From positions 1 to 63,328 of the forward strand of contig MNUO01000005.1 of NCBI GenBank assembly GCA_001871015.1: a stretch of 63,328 bases of DNA, given 5' to 3'. The notes under the pieces were generated by a model. It had not been told where the DNA came from. It saw nothing but the letters and a program-made list of their open reading frames with translations, and did not search any database. The position numbers and the translations under genes were made by a program. Positions 1-10,159 of this stretch are shown here, one piece after another; the first letter of the stretch is position 1, and each line of letters opens with the position of its first letter. This DNA comes from Candidatus Desantisbacteria bacterium CG1_02_38_46. GTDB lineage: Bacteria > Desantisbacteria > UBA1551 > UBA1559.

Positions 1-2
1 CC

Positions 3-572
3 CAGAAACTTCTCCAGATAATTGCAAGCGAGACCAGGCATTTAGATGAGTATATCACTCGTTTTTTGACCTACGCACGCGTAGAAACAGGAAATTTTGT
101 CAATTGTAACCTCAATAAGATTTTAGATGAAACGCTCTCTATGCTTAGCGGACCCATATCTAAGAGGGTAAAGATAACAAAAGTTGTTCCTCCTGATCTT
201 TTTATAAATGTGGACCCTGCACAGACGAAACAGGTTTTTATGAACTTGCTCCTCAATGGAATTCAAGCGATGTCTGATGGAGGAGAGTTGAGGATATCCG
301 CTCGAATTGTTAAAGTTGATAACCCAAACCCTCGCCAGAACAAGATTGAAGAAATAGTTATTGAGTTTACTGACAGTGGTTTGGGTATTTCTTCAGATAA
401 TATACCCAAAATTTTTGAGCCATTTTATACCACTAAAGAAGATGGAACCGGATTAGGGTTAGCAATTATCAAGCGTATCGTGGAAGGCCATAAAGGAAGG
501 ATTGAGGTTCGCAGTGAATTAGGGAAGGGTAGTTCTTTTACCATTTTCCTTCCTCAAGAAAAGCGGAGTTAA
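3..572 (+). CDS. Sensor histidine kinase, C-terminal part (5' end outside window)
   Basis: Frame is open from base 3. Upstream of the TTG at 66 it reads QKLLQIIASETRHLDEYITRFLTYAR (HisKA-like). HATPase_c-like motifs follow (LLLNGIQAM, DSGLGI, GTGLGLAI). The stop lies 2 nt before the response regulator. Confidence 0.85.
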   Translation, partial: QKLLQIIASETRHLDEYITRFLTYARVETGNFVNCNLNKILDETLSMLSGPISKRVKITKVVPPDLFINVDPAQTKQVFMNLLLNGIQAMSDGGELRISARIVKVDNPNPRQNKIEEIVIEFTDSGLGISSDNIPKIFEPFYTTKEDGTGLGLAIIKRIVEGHKGRIEVRSELGKGSSFTIFLPQEKRS

Positions 573-574
573 AA

Positions 575-1978
575 ATGAAGGGAAGCATTCTTATAATGGA
601 TGACGATGAAGGTATTCGAAATTCCCTTTCAGTAATGTTAGAGAAGGAGGGATATCAGGTTTTTGTTTCAGAAAACGGAAAGAAAGGCGTAGAAGTCGTT
701 GCAAAGGAAGGGGTGGATGTGGCCATTGCTGATTTGAATATGCCTGAGATGGACGGGTTGGAATCTATGAGGGAAATATTAAAGATAAAACCCGATACCA
801 TTGTAATAATCCTTACGATTCAACCAACTATCAAAACCGCTGTTCAGGCTATGAAAAAAGGGGCATATGATTATATAGCAAAAGATGCCAACCGTTTCAA
901 TTTTGAAGAAATGTCACTTATAATAGAGAGGGGGTTGAAAGAGAGAAGGATTCAGGACGAAAACATTTACTTGCGCGAGGAACTCAAGAAAAAATCCGAT
1001 TTCTTCAATATTGTTGGAAATAGCTCTGAAATAAAGGGTGTATTGAGTTCTGTGAAAAAGATGGCTAATACTGATTCAATGGTTCTCATTCAGGGAGAGA
1101 GTGGAACAGGAAAGGAACTTTTTGCACAGGCAATTCATTACAGCGGAAAAAGGGCTGAATTTCCATTTGTTACTATCAATTGCAGTGCTCTTCCGGAAAC
1201 GCTATTGGAGAGCGAGTTATTCGGACATGAGAAGGGCGCTTACACGGGTGCAACGGAAACGAAAAAGGGACTTTTTGAAGTAGCTGACAGGGGAACAATT
1301 TTCCTGGATGAAATCGGGGAGACACCCTTATCTATACAGGTGAAAATTTTAAGAGTTCTGGAAGAAAAGGAATTCAGAAGAGTGGGTGGTACCAGGGACA
1401 TAAAGGTGGATGTTAGAGTAGTTGTTGCAACCAATAAGGATTTACAAGGTCTTATGAAGGAAAGAAAATTCAGGGAGGATCTTTACTATCGTCTGAATGT
1501 CATTCCAATTTATTTGTGTCCATTACGGGAAAAAAAGGAAGATATACCGTTGCTGATCAGGTATTTTATAGAGAAGTATAACAAAATTTTACATAAGAGG
1601 ATTAAGGGAATAGAGGATGAAGCTGTTCGATTGCTCTCGGAATATCATTGGCCAGGGAATGTCAGAGAGCTGGGAAATCTGATTGAACGGGTTATTGCAT
1701 TAGCTGACGAGGAGAAAGAGATAATTGCCATGACGGATCTGCCTTCTGAGATCCGCAAAGGGGACGCTTCTATTTTGGACAATCAAGAACTTGCCACAGC
1801 CCGAGGAGATATGGATTTCAAAGTGCTTGTGAACGAGTTTGAAAAAAAGATTATCAATGAAACGATGGCAAAGGTCAAAAAGAAAAAAGAGGCGGCTAAA
1901 TTATTAAATTTGAATCCTCGCATCCTGCGTTACCTTATTAAAAAACATGGTCTTGAAAATGAAAGTCCACCTTGCTAA
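575..1978 (+). CDS. Sigma-54-dependent response regulator (NtrC family)
   Basis: N-terminal receiver domain (ADLNMPEMDG). AAA+ domain with Walker A GESGTGKE, a GAYTGA variant of the GAFTGA loop, and Walker B FLDEIGE. C-terminal Fis-type HTH (AAKLLNLNPRILRYLIKK). Confidence 0.9.
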   Translation: MKGSILIMDDDEGIRNSLSVMLEKEGYQVFVSENGKKGVEVVAKEGVDVAIADLNMPEMDGLESMREILKIKPDTIVIILTIQPTIKTAVQAMKKGAYDYIAKDANRFNFEEMSLIIERGLKERRIQDENIYLREELKKKSDFFNIVGNSSEIKGVLSSVKKMANTDSMVLIQGESGTGKELFAQAIHYSGKRAEFPFVTINCSALPETLLESELFGHEKGAYTGATETKKGLFEVADRGTIFLDEIGETPLSIQVKILRVLEEKEFRRVGGTRDIKVDVRVVVATNKDLQGLMKERKFREDLYYRLNVIPIYLCPLREKKEDIPLLIRYFIEKYNKILHKRIKGIEDEAVRLLSEYHWPGNVRELGNLIERVIALADEEKEIIAMTDLPSEIRKGDASILDNQELATARGDMDFKVLVNEFEKKIINETMAKVKKKKEAAKLLNLNPRILRYLIKKHGLENESPPC

Positions 1979-2540
1979 TTGGTTTACAGCATCCCGTATA
2001 TTTTTATCCTTCCCAATTTTTTTCCTTTTAATCAGCGGTATCCCCCATTACAGAACCTTTTCCGCAATCCTTTTCTGTTTGGCTGGATTGACAGATTACC
2101 TCGATGGAAAGATAGCACGAATACAGGGAGGGGGTACTCCATTCGGAAAGTTCTTTGACCCTCTTGCAGATAAGGTATTGGTGATTCTGGTTTTGACAGG
2201 ACTAATAATTCTTGAGGAAGTCCAGTTGTGGATGGTTCTTTTAATAGCGATAAGGGAGCTCTTAGTGACACTTTTAAGGGTGGGCAATGTTGAGAAATTT
2301 TCACCGACAATTCTTGCTAAATCAAAGACTGCATTTCAAATGTTTGGAATTGCCATTATATTATTTATACCTTGCCTCGCCTCGATGTTACATCAGGGCG
2401 GGCCTCTTTTGAAATTAGAGACTCAGCATAACCTTACTTATTTAATAATGATGATTATCTTGTTGGTTACAATTATTTCTGGCGTTCAATATGTGTTTGT
2501 GCAAATAGAACCACAGAAACAAGGAAAGAGGCACAATTGA
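1947..2540 (+). CDS. pgsA: CDP-alcohol phosphatidyltransferase (PgsA-like)
   Basis: Motif DGKIAR-x8-G-x3-DPLADK and several hydrophobic helices. ATG at 1959 is an alternative start. Overlaps the end of the regulator gene. Confidence 0.8.
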   Translation: MVLKMKVHLANWFTASRIFLSFPIFFLLISGIPHYRTFSAILFCLAGLTDYLDGKIARIQGGGTPFGKFFDPLADKVLVILVLTGLIILEEVQLWMVLLIAIRELLVTLLRVGNVEKFSPTILAKSKTAFQMFGIAIILFIPCLASMLHQGGPLLKLETQHNLTYLIMMIILLVTIISGVQYVFVQIEPQKQGKRHN

Positions 2541-3007
2541 GAAAGAAAAAATATTATTTTGATACAAGTATATTCAACTTTATGTTTGCCGATGATGCTC
2601 AGGATAAAAAAGAAATCACAGAAAGACTTTTTGAAATTTTACCAGACCAAGCTGAAGGAATTTTTATCTCCGAGGAAGTTACAAGAGAAATAGGTAGGGC
2701 ATCCCAACCAAGGAAATCCCAGATGGAGGATTTAGTGCGCAAAACTTCCCCTCAAATATTAGAGACTAACTTAGAGGTAGAAACATTGGCTGACAGATAC
2801 ATAAGAGAGGGGATAATACCTGAAAAATATCGTGGGGATGCCATCCATATTGCAACGGCAGTAATAAACGAAATAGATGTAATTGTAAGTTGGAATTTTC
2901 AGCATATTGTTAAACTAAAAACAAGGACAGAAGTGAATGGAGTAAGCAAATTATTGGACTATTCTGAAATAGAAATCTGTTCACCTCAGGAGGTGATTGA
3001 GCCATGA
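2537..3007 (+). CDS. PIN-domain protein (VapC-like putative toxin)
   Basis: Acidic PIN positions are present (YYFDTS, ISEEV, GDAIHIATA, SWNFQH). The TTG start overlaps the pgsA stop (TTGA). Confidence 0.65.
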   Translation: MRKKKYYFDTSIFNFMFADDAQDKKEITERLFEILPDQAEGIFISEEVTREIGRASQPRKSQMEDLVRKTSPQILETNLEVETLADRYIREGIIPEKYRGDAIHIATAVINEIDVIVSWNFQHIVKLKTRTEVNGVSKLLDYSEIEICSPQEVIEP

Positions 3008-3183
3008 AAGAGCCAAAAGCAATGAGAGAGATTCATGAAATAATGGAAAAGATTTATGAAGAAGAGAAATACCTGACTCCTGAAGAGAGGGTCAAAAGAA
3101 TCCACGAAGAGTCTGGGAAATTCCTTAAGGAAGCAGGTTTAAAGTTAAAACGCCACGAAAAGAAGATTCTGCAGAAGGTATAG
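3004..3183 (+). CDS. Small hypothetical protein (59 aa), candidate partner of the PIN protein
   Basis: ORF below the track cutoff. Its ATG overlaps the PIN stop (ATGA). Charged helical sequence MKEPKAMREIHEIMEKIYEEEKYLTPEERVKRIHEES...; stop TAG at 3181-3183. Confidence 0.4.
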   Translation: MKEPKAMREIHEIMEKIYEEEKYLTPEERVKRIHEESGKFLKEAGLKLKRHEKKILQKV

Positions 3184-3204
3184 ATTACAACATCAAAGGC
3201 AAAA

Positions 3205-3414
3205 ATGAGGATAACTTACGATTCAGAAGTAGATGTTTTATATATTCACTTCATAGAGGCCACAGTAACAACAAAGCACGTTACTGAGGGTGTTGCAGTT
3301 GACTATGACTCAGAAGGACGTATTGCAGGCGTCGAAATACTTGATGCAGTAAAGAAATTTGGCGATGACAAAGATGTATTCAGAAAAGTGACCCTTGAGG
3401 ATGTAGCATTGTAA
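3205..3414 (+). CDS. DUF2283-family small protein
   Basis: MRITYDSEVDVLYIHF ... GRIAGVEILDA pattern is typical of DUF2283. A second family member lies at 45475-45786. Confidence 0.7.
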   Translation: MRITYDSEVDVLYIHFIEATVTTKHVTEGVAVDYDSEGRIAGVEILDAVKKFGDDKDVFRKVTLEDVAL

Positions 3415-3434
3415 ACGCGATGATGAAAATAAAA

Positions 3435-3460
3435 GGTGTCAGGTCTTGAATTGTGAATTG
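3435..3460. repeat. Family-B repeat, left half only (GGTGTCAGGTCTTGAATTGTGA...)
   Basis: Shares GGTGTCAGGTCTTGA with 30794, 36915 and 43217, and shares ...CAGGTCTTGAATTGTGA with 40189-40223. The right arm is missing. Confidence 0.7.
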
Positions 3461-3477
3461 TTTTAAATAAGGAAGGT

Positions 3478-4713
3478 ATGAAAGCAGCGCTTATAGTAAT
3501 TGGGAATGAGATTTTAATCGGAGATACTGTTGATACAAATGCTGCATATCTCGGAAAGAAGTTAAGTCATATCGGAGTAGAGGTTGTATTTAAATCGACT
3601 GTTCCTGATAAAGTTGAAGATATAAAGGAATCGTTTAAAACAGCATTGAACCGGGCAAAGATTGTAATAATAGTTGGAGGGTTAGGTCCTACAAGGGATG
3701 ATGTAACCAGGGAAGCAGTTTCGGATTTATTGAAAAAGAAACTCAAGTTTCACCGTAGATTGTTCAGGAATATTGAATCTTTTTTTCAAAAAAGAGGAGT
3801 TGAAATTCCATCAATCAGTATTAAACAGGCATTTTTACCTGCAGGAGCAAAAGAATTAAAAAATACTGTTGGAACAGCACCTGGTTTTTTGCTCAAATAC
3901 AGAAACAAATTGATTATTGTATTGCCAGGTCCTCCAAGAGAAATGAAACCAATGTTTGAAAAAATAATCCCCACATTAGAAGAAAAATTAAGAAATTCAC
4001 CTATTGTTATTCGCAAGATTTTAAGGACTTATGGAATTGGCGAGTCATCTATAGAAGAAGGGTTAAACGATATAAAAAATACGAGGGAATTTGAAATTGG
4101 ATTTCAGGCACACCCTGGGTATGTTGATATAAAATTGTGTGCAAGAGCAAGAAATAAAAATTTAGCAAATAAAATTATAAGTAAATTTGAGTCCAAAATT
4201 TTTAAAAGATTTAAAAATTATATTTTTAGTAGAAAAGATGAAAATCTTGAGGAAATTGTTGGAAATTATTTGAGGAAAAAAGGACAAACATTGTCAATTG
4301 CTGAATCCTGCAGCGGAGGATTAATTTCAAATTTGATTACAAATATACCGGGAGCATCCGATTATTTTAAATGTAGCGTGATAAGTTATAGTAATGAAAT
4401 GAAGAGGAAAATTCTCAATGTGCCTGCAAAATTTTTGAAGAAATATGGAGCGGTAAGCAGTTCTGTAGCTGGGAGGATGGCTGAAGAAATAAGAACTTTG
4501 ACAAATACGGACATAGGACTTGGTATAACCGGTATTGCAGGCCCTTCAGGAGGGACAAAGAATAAACCTGTAGGTTTGGTTTACATCGCACTATCAACGC
4601 ATAAGGGAACAACTGTTGAAAAATTCAATTTTTATGGTGAAAGGACACAGATAAAGGAAAAAGTCGCTCTCACCGCCTTCTCCTTATTATTAAAATATTT
4701 TTTGAGTAGGTAG
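3478..4713 (+). CDS. cinA: CinA-family protein (MoCF-like domain plus nicotinamide-nucleotide amidase domain)
   Basis: N-terminus KAALIVIGNEILIGDTVDTNAAYL and GGLGPTRDDVT. C-terminal ESCSGGL ... GITGIAGPSGGT motifs. Confidence 0.9.
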   Translation: MKAALIVIGNEILIGDTVDTNAAYLGKKLSHIGVEVVFKSTVPDKVEDIKESFKTALNRAKIVIIVGGLGPTRDDVTREAVSDLLKKKLKFHRRLFRNIESFFQKRGVEIPSISIKQAFLPAGAKELKNTVGTAPGFLLKYRNKLIIVLPGPPREMKPMFEKIIPTLEEKLRNSPIVIRKILRTYGIGESSIEEGLNDIKNTREFEIGFQAHPGYVDIKLCARARNKNLANKIISKFESKIFKRFKNYIFSRKDENLEEIVGNYLRKKGQTLSIAESCSGGLISNLITNIPGASDYFKCSVISYSNEMKRKILNVPAKFLKKYGAVSSSVAGRMAEEIRTLTNTDIGLGITGIAGPSGGTKNKPVGLVYIALSTHKGTTVEKFNFYGERTQIKEKVALTAFSLLLKYFLSR

Positions 4714-4831
4714 TAATTTGTAAGTAAGTATTAAACAAAATACAAAAGAAGGTTTAGAAAAAAACTTAACTTTAATTCAAATATCAATATAATGAACATA
4801 GGTTCAATATTCTGAACATAGAGAGAAAATT

Positions 4832-5701
4832 ATGGATGAAGTGTTAATTGTTACAAATACTCAAAAGGTTTTAGACTTTCTAGTCCAAAATCCTGGAAAA
4901 CAATTCTTAGCAAAAGAAATTCAAATGATTAAAAAGCTAATTTTTATTTTAATTTCAGTTGTGGTTTTTTCTACTTCAGCGTTCGCAGCAGAAACATTTC
5001 GTCTTAAAGACGGGACAATAATATCAGGAAACATTATTAGTGTAACCGAAGATACTATAACAATAAAAACCAAGGAGGACATGGTAGATATTAATCGTAG
5101 CGATATATTAATATTATCTAAAGAATTTGAGAATCTTCTAAATGTCGCTGGGAATATAGACAAATGGTCAGATGTATGGGAACGAATTGATGCTGTAAGA
5201 AAAATATCTGAATTAGGCGATACGACTGTTATCCCCTACCTTATAAAAATTCAAACTCAAATACCTATGCTAAGAGATGAAATTATTGTAGCAATAGAAA
5301 AAATTTCGTCCCGTTACAAAGTAAGTACTCCTAAAATTGAAAAAGAAGTTTTGCTACGCCGAGTAACTATAATTGAAACCGAGCCTATTAAAGCTATAAA
5401 TAACATTCTTCTTTTTAAAATGGAAAGGCGGGACCCCGCGATTGCCTGTTTATTATCTATGGCTACATTTGGTGGCGGGCAGATTTATAATTATCAACCG
5501 CACAAAGCGGTTATTGCATATTTAATAAGTGGTGTTAGTCTCTTAGCAACGTTTTCCAATAATCAATTTGGAATTCTTTTAGGTGCAATAGGTCTTTTTG
5601 GAACAGGGGTGTGGAGCGCTTTTGATTCCTATAATTCTGCTGTAGACATAAATGAAGAATTAGAATATAAATATAAAATAGGGGTAAAATTTAGGTATTA
5701 A
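4832..5701 (+). CDS. Hypothetical secreted/membrane protein
   Basis: Signal-peptide-like MIKKLIFILISVVVFSTSAFA starts at the internal ATG 4925, a plausible true start. HEAT-like segment and C-terminal hydrophobic helices. Confidence 0.5.
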   Translation: MDEVLIVTNTQKVLDFLVQNPGKQFLAKEIQMIKKLIFILISVVVFSTSAFAAETFRLKDGTIISGNIISVTEDTITIKTKEDMVDINRSDILILSKEFENLLNVAGNIDKWSDVWERIDAVRKISELGDTTVIPYLIKIQTQIPMLRDEIIVAIEKISSRYKVSTPKIEKEVLLRRVTIIETEPIKAINNILLFKMERRDPAIACLLSMATFGGGQIYNYQPHKAVIAYLISGVSLLATFSNNQFGILLGAIGLFGTGVWSAFDSYNSAVDINEELEYKYKIGVKFRY

Positions 5702-5739
5702 AGATGTTATTTATAATTTTTGAAAGGAGAAATGTGAGG

Positions 5740-7170
5740 ATGGTCAATTTTAAAAAATTAACAATCTTCTTGATAATCTGTTCATTACTTTTCCTGGGAA
5801 GTTCTTGCAAGATGAAAAGTAAAAAAGAGTGGACAACACCTCAAAGGATAACACCGCCAACTCCGGTAATTGACCTTCAGAGTGCTTTTGTACAGGTATC
5901 TGAAAATATAAAACCAGCGGTAGTAAATATTTCAGCGACAAGAATTGAAAAGAGTAGAGCACTTTCTTTCAAATTTCGTTCACCTTTCAGCGGAGACCCA
6001 CTTGAAGAATTTTTTAAACATTTCTTTCCTCCGGAGTGGGAAACCAGAAAATCTCGCAGCGTTGGTTCTGGAGTAATCATTGATTCGCGAGGATATGTGC
6101 TTACAAATTATCATGTGATTGAGAGAGCAAAAGATGTTCAAGTTACAATAGGTGATGGCAGAGAGAGAAAGATATATAAGGGGGTGGTTGTTGGAACCGA
6201 TCCGCGCACCGACATTTCAGTTATTAAAATTGAAGGACAGAATAAATTTCCAGTTGCGCTGTTAGGTAATTCAGACAAGATAAAAGTTGGAGAATGGGCA
6301 ATTGCAATCGGAAGTCCTTTTGGATTAGAACACACGGTTACCGTAGGTGTAATAAGTGCAAAGCGACAGAATGTTTCGATTGAAAATCGGAATTATGAGG
6401 ATTTAATTCAGACCGATGCTTCAATAAATCCTGGAAATAGCGGTGGTCCACTGATAAACATATATGGAGAAGTCATGGGGATAAATGTAGCAATTTTTAC
6501 TCCAACCGGCGGTTTTGTAGGAGTTGGTTTTGCAATTCCAATAAATAAAGCAAAAGAGGTTTTAGCCGACCTTATTAAACATGGAAAAGTGGTCAGGGGA
6601 TACCTCGGAATAAAAATTCAGGAAATAACGCAGGAACTTGCAAAATCATTCAATGTTCCTGAAAGTAAGAGAGGAGTACTTGTAAGCGATGTCCTCCCTG
6701 GTAGTCCAGGAGAAAAAGGGGGGTTAAAAAGAGGCGATGTTATTATTCAGTTCAATGAAAAGGATATTAAGGAACCGGCGGATTTACAGCGCGCTACAGG
6801 CAAAACACCTCCTGGTTTGACTGTCCACGTCAAAGTCATCCGTGCAAACAAAGAAATACTCCTTCGGATAAAGTTAGGGTCTGCTTCAGGCGGAGAAGAA
6901 TCCAGGGAATCACCCCAAGAAGCAAAGATCTCACGATTAGGCTTGATTCTTCAGAACCACAGTGAAGGGGTCCTTGTTGTGAAGGTTGAGGATGGTAGTA
7001 TTGCCCAGAATGCAGGGATAATGGAGGGAGATATAATTGTAGAGATAAATAAGCAGGCAGTCAGGAATGTTTCTGATTTTGAGAAAGCTGTGAGACTGTC
7101 AGGTAAAAATATACTCTTTTTTATAAAAAGAGGAAACGCAGCAGTTTATATCGCGGTCAGATTGGAATGA
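5740..7170 (+). CDS. htrA: HtrA/DegP-family serine protease with two PDZ-like regions
   Basis: Trypsin-like triad context (TNYHV, DISVIK, GNSGGPL), then PDZ-like segments (GYLGIKIQ, GDIIVEINK). The ORF opens at 5704; ATG 5740 precedes the hydrophobic N-terminus. Confidence 0.88.
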   Translation: MVNFKKLTIFLIICSLLFLGSSCKMKSKKEWTTPQRITPPTPVIDLQSAFVQVSENIKPAVVNISATRIEKSRALSFKFRSPFSGDPLEEFFKHFFPPEWETRKSRSVGSGVIIDSRGYVLTNYHVIERAKDVQVTIGDGRERKIYKGVVVGTDPRTDISVIKIEGQNKFPVALLGNSDKIKVGEWAIAIGSPFGLEHTVTVGVISAKRQNVSIENRNYEDLIQTDASINPGNSGGPLINIYGEVMGINVAIFTPTGGFVGVGFAIPINKAKEVLADLIKHGKVVRGYLGIKIQEITQELAKSFNVPESKRGVLVSDVLPGSPGEKGGLKRGDVIIQFNEKDIKEPADLQRATGKTPPGLTVHVKVIRANKEILLRIKLGSASGGEESRESPQEAKISRLGLILQNHSEGVLVVKVEDGSIAQNAGIMEGDIIVEINKQAVRNVSDFEKAVRLSGKNILFFIKRGNAAVYIAVRLE

Positions 7171-7189
7171 AAGAAGTTGCAGGTGAAAG

Positions 7190-7777
7190 GTGAAAAGAAA
7201 AAATTTTAAAAAAGAAATTAGAGAGAAATTGTTGAAAATGCGAAGAAGGCAATCTAAAGAGGAAAGAAAAAAGAAAAGTTTGGTAATATGGAAAAAATTG
7301 AAGGCACTACCGGAATTTATAGAAGCGAAGACAGTGATGTTCTACCTTTCTACTCCAGATGAAGTTGATACAGAGAGAATGGTCAAAGAATCCATTAAGA
7401 TTGGCAGGAGAATTGTAGTTCCTGTGTCTGAAGTCAAGGAGAAAAAAATGACATTGTCAATTCTGAAGGATTACGGTAGAGAATTGGGAATTGGAGCGTT
7501 TAACATTCCAGAACCAGAGAAGAAATACATAAGAAAAATTTCTTCTAAAGATATTGATTTAGTGATAATTCCTGGAGTTGGATTTGACGAAAAGTGCGGG
7601 CGACTTGGCTTTGGTAAAGGATTTTATGACCATTTTCTGAGGAATCTTCCAGTGGGTGTGCCACGTATAGCACTGGCTTATGATTTTCAAGTTATTGCAG
7701 TGCTGCCCCTGGAAGAACATGATGTTAAGGTTAGCAAGATTATTACGGAAAGACGAATAATCATCACGAAAGAATAG
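7190..7777 (+). CDS. 5-formyltetrahydrofolate cyclo-ligase
   Basis: Conserved [25 protein letters not shown] block. GTG start lies behind AGGTGAAAGG. Confidence 0.85.
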   Translation: MKRKNFKKEIREKLLKMRRRQSKEERKKKSLVIWKKLKALPEFIEAKTVMFYLSTPDEVDTERMVKESIKIGRRIVVPVSEVKEKKMTLSILKDYGRELGIGAFNIPEPEKKYIRKISSKDIDLVIIPGVGFDEKCGRLGFGKGFYDHFLRNLPVGVPRIALAYDFQVIAVLPLEEHDVKVSKIITERRIIITKE

Positions 7778-7793
7778 AGGGAGGGCGATTAAT

Positions 7794-9329
7794 ATGACAA
7801 ACACTCTGATTGTTACAATGGGTGCCCTTTTCCTTGTTGGCTTTGGAATCGGGTATATCTATCGTAGATATGTTGCAAAAATTAAATTTAAATCTGCTGA
7901 AGAAGATGCTCAAAAAATTATTTCTGATGCAAAAAAGCAGATAGAAATTCAGAAAAAAGAGGTGTTTCTTGAATCAAAAGAAAAATTGCAAAAGGAAAAG
8001 GATGAATTTGAAAAGGAAAGCAAGTCTCAGAAAATAGAACTGCAACATTTAGAATCCAGGCTCATTACCAGGGAAGAAAGCCTTGACCGCAAGGTGGAAA
8101 TTCTTGAGAAGAAGGAAAAAGAAATATTGTTGCGGGAGAGAGTAGTAAGTGAAAAAGAAAAAGAGCTGGAACGTGTCCAGGAAGAACAGAGAAAGGACCT
8201 TCAGAGGATAGCCGGCCTTACTGTTGAGGAAGCAAAGAAAATGCTGTTAGTCAGTTTAGAGAGTAAGGTTCGTCGAGAGGCAAATGGAATAATCAAGGAT
8301 ATTGAAACAAAGGCGCGTGAAACTGCAGACAAAAAAGCCAAGGAAATTATAGGGTTGGCAATACAGCGCAACGCTGTGGAACAGACCACAGAAATGAGTG
8401 TGTCTGTGGTTCAGGTGCCGGATGAAATGAAAGGCAGGGTTATTGGACGGGAAGGCCGAAATATCCGGGCAATTGAAGCTGCAACAGGAATTGACCTCAT
8501 AATTGATGACACCCCTGGCGTAATTGTGCTTTCAGGATTTGACCCCACGAGAAGAGAAGTTGCACGTTTAACCCTGGAAAAACTTATTGCCGACGGCAGG
8601 ATTCAGCCGACCAGGATTGAGGAAACTGTAGAAAAGGTGCGTCAGGAATTAGAAAATTCAATAAAAGAAGAGGGAGAAAAAGCATCTCTTGAATTGGGTA
8701 TACAAAATCTCCATCCAGAAGAAATAAAATTGGTAGGGCGTCTCAAGTACCGCACAAGTTATGGACAGAATGTTCTGCAGCATAGTAAGGAGGTTGCATA
8801 TCTGGCCGGGATGATGGCATCAGAACTTGGAGCAAACGTCTCTGTTGTAAAAAGAGCGGGTTTACTCCATGATATTGGTAAGGCCGTGGACCATGAAGTG
8901 GAGGGTACGCATGTCCAGATTGCACTGGAATTAGCCAGAAAATTCAAGGAGCAAGAATCTGTTATCCACGCAATCGCATGCCATCATGAAGATGAAGAAC
9001 CAAAGACTGTTGAGGCAGTTCTTGTTCAGGTGGCGGATGCAATTTCCGCTTCTCGGCCAGGCGTTAGAAAAGAAACTCTTGAATCCTATATGAAAAGGTT
9101 AAATAATCTGGAGCAAGTTGCCCAGGGATTTCCTGGTATTGAAAAAGCTTATGCTATTCAGGCGGGAAGAGAAGTCCGCGTTATAGTCATTCCAGAGATA
9201 GTAAATGACCAGAGAACTTCTCAGTTAGCAAAGGAAATTGCAGAAAAGATTGAGAGCGAACTTCAATATCCCGGGCAGATAAAAGTAACGGTCGTACGGG
9301 AAACAAGAGTTACTGAATACGCTAAATAA
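7794..9329 (+). CDS. rny: Ribonuclease Y
   Basis: N-terminal membrane helix, long coiled coil, KH domain ([15 protein letters not shown]), HD domain ([12 protein letters not shown]). Confidence 0.95.
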   Translation: MTNTLIVTMGALFLVGFGIGYIYRRYVAKIKFKSAEEDAQKIISDAKKQIEIQKKEVFLESKEKLQKEKDEFEKESKSQKIELQHLESRLITREESLDRKVEILEKKEKEILLRERVVSEKEKELERVQEEQRKDLQRIAGLTVEEAKKMLLVSLESKVRREANGIIKDIETKARETADKKAKEIIGLAIQRNAVEQTTEMSVSVVQVPDEMKGRVIGREGRNIRAIEAATGIDLIIDDTPGVIVLSGFDPTRREVARLTLEKLIADGRIQPTRIEETVEKVRQELENSIKEEGEKASLELGIQNLHPEEIKLVGRLKYRTSYGQNVLQHSKEVAYLAGMMASELGANVSVVKRAGLLHDIGKAVDHEVEGTHVQIALELARKFKEQESVIHAIACHHEDEEPKTVEAVLVQVADAISASRPGVRKETLESYMKRLNNLEQVAQGFPGIEKAYAIQAGREVRVIVIPEIVNDQRTSQLAKEIAEKIESELQYPGQIKVTVVRETRVTEYAK

Positions 9330-10099
9330 TGAAAATTTTATTTATCGGAGATATTTTTGGCCAGCCTGGAAGAAATGTAGTTTCGCAAATGCTTCCCCAG
9401 TTGCGAGATGAACTTAAAATTGACCTGATAATAGCCAATGGTGAGAATGCTGCTGGAGGAATGGGTATTACACAGGAAATTGCACAGGAATTATTTTTAT
9501 CCGGAATCCATGTTATCACCTCCGGCAACCATGTGTGGAAAGAAAAGAAGATTGTTGATTTTCTAAAAATTGAGCCCAGATTATTGCGGCCATTGAACTA
9601 TCCACCGGATGTGCCTGGTAATGGCAGTATTATTATTGAATCGAACAAAATAAAAGCAGGCATTGTAAATCTGATGGGAAGGACATTTCTTTCTGAGATA
9701 GATTGTCCATTTCGAACAGGCATGAAAGAAATCGAAAGAATTAGAGAAGAAACTTCTGTAATAATTGTTGATATGCACGGTGAAGCCACTTCAGAAAAAT
9801 CTGCAATGGGATGGCTCCTCGATGGAACGGTTAGTGCAGTGGTCGGTACCCATACTCATGTTCAGACTGCTGATGAGAGGATTTTGCCCTGCGGAACTGC
9901 GTTCATTACAGATGTAGGAATGACCGGTCCCAGGGATTCGGTGATTGGAATAAAAAGAGATATTGCCATAAGGAGATTCCTGACACAGATTCCTATTCGA
10001 TTTGAAGTGGCAAAAGGTGAAGCACAATTTAATGCAGTTCTGATTGAAGTGGATTCTATTTCAGGCAAGGCAGTATCAATCAAGCGCATTCAGAGATAA
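9329..10099 (+). CDS. ymdB: YmdB-like metallophosphoesterase (TIGR00282 type)
   Basis: [15 protein letters not shown] ... IANGENAAGGMGIT ... TSGNHVW ... GTHTHVQTADERIL. TAATG overlap with rny, the gene pair also known from Bacillus. Confidence 0.88.
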   Translation: MKILFIGDIFGQPGRNVVSQMLPQLRDELKIDLIIANGENAAGGMGITQEIAQELFLSGIHVITSGNHVWKEKKIVDFLKIEPRLLRPLNYPPDVPGNGSIIIESNKIKAGIVNLMGRTFLSEIDCPFRTGMKEIERIREETSVIIVDMHGEATSEKSAMGWLLDGTVSAVVGTHTHVQTADERILPCGTAFITDVGMTGPRDSVIGIKRDIAIRRFLTQIPIRFEVAKGEAQFNAVLIEVDSISGKAVSIKRIQR

Positions 10100-10159
10100 A
10101 CCAATCCAGAGCCAAAACTACACCACTGGTGAGAGAATTATCGAGGTAAAATAAATATT

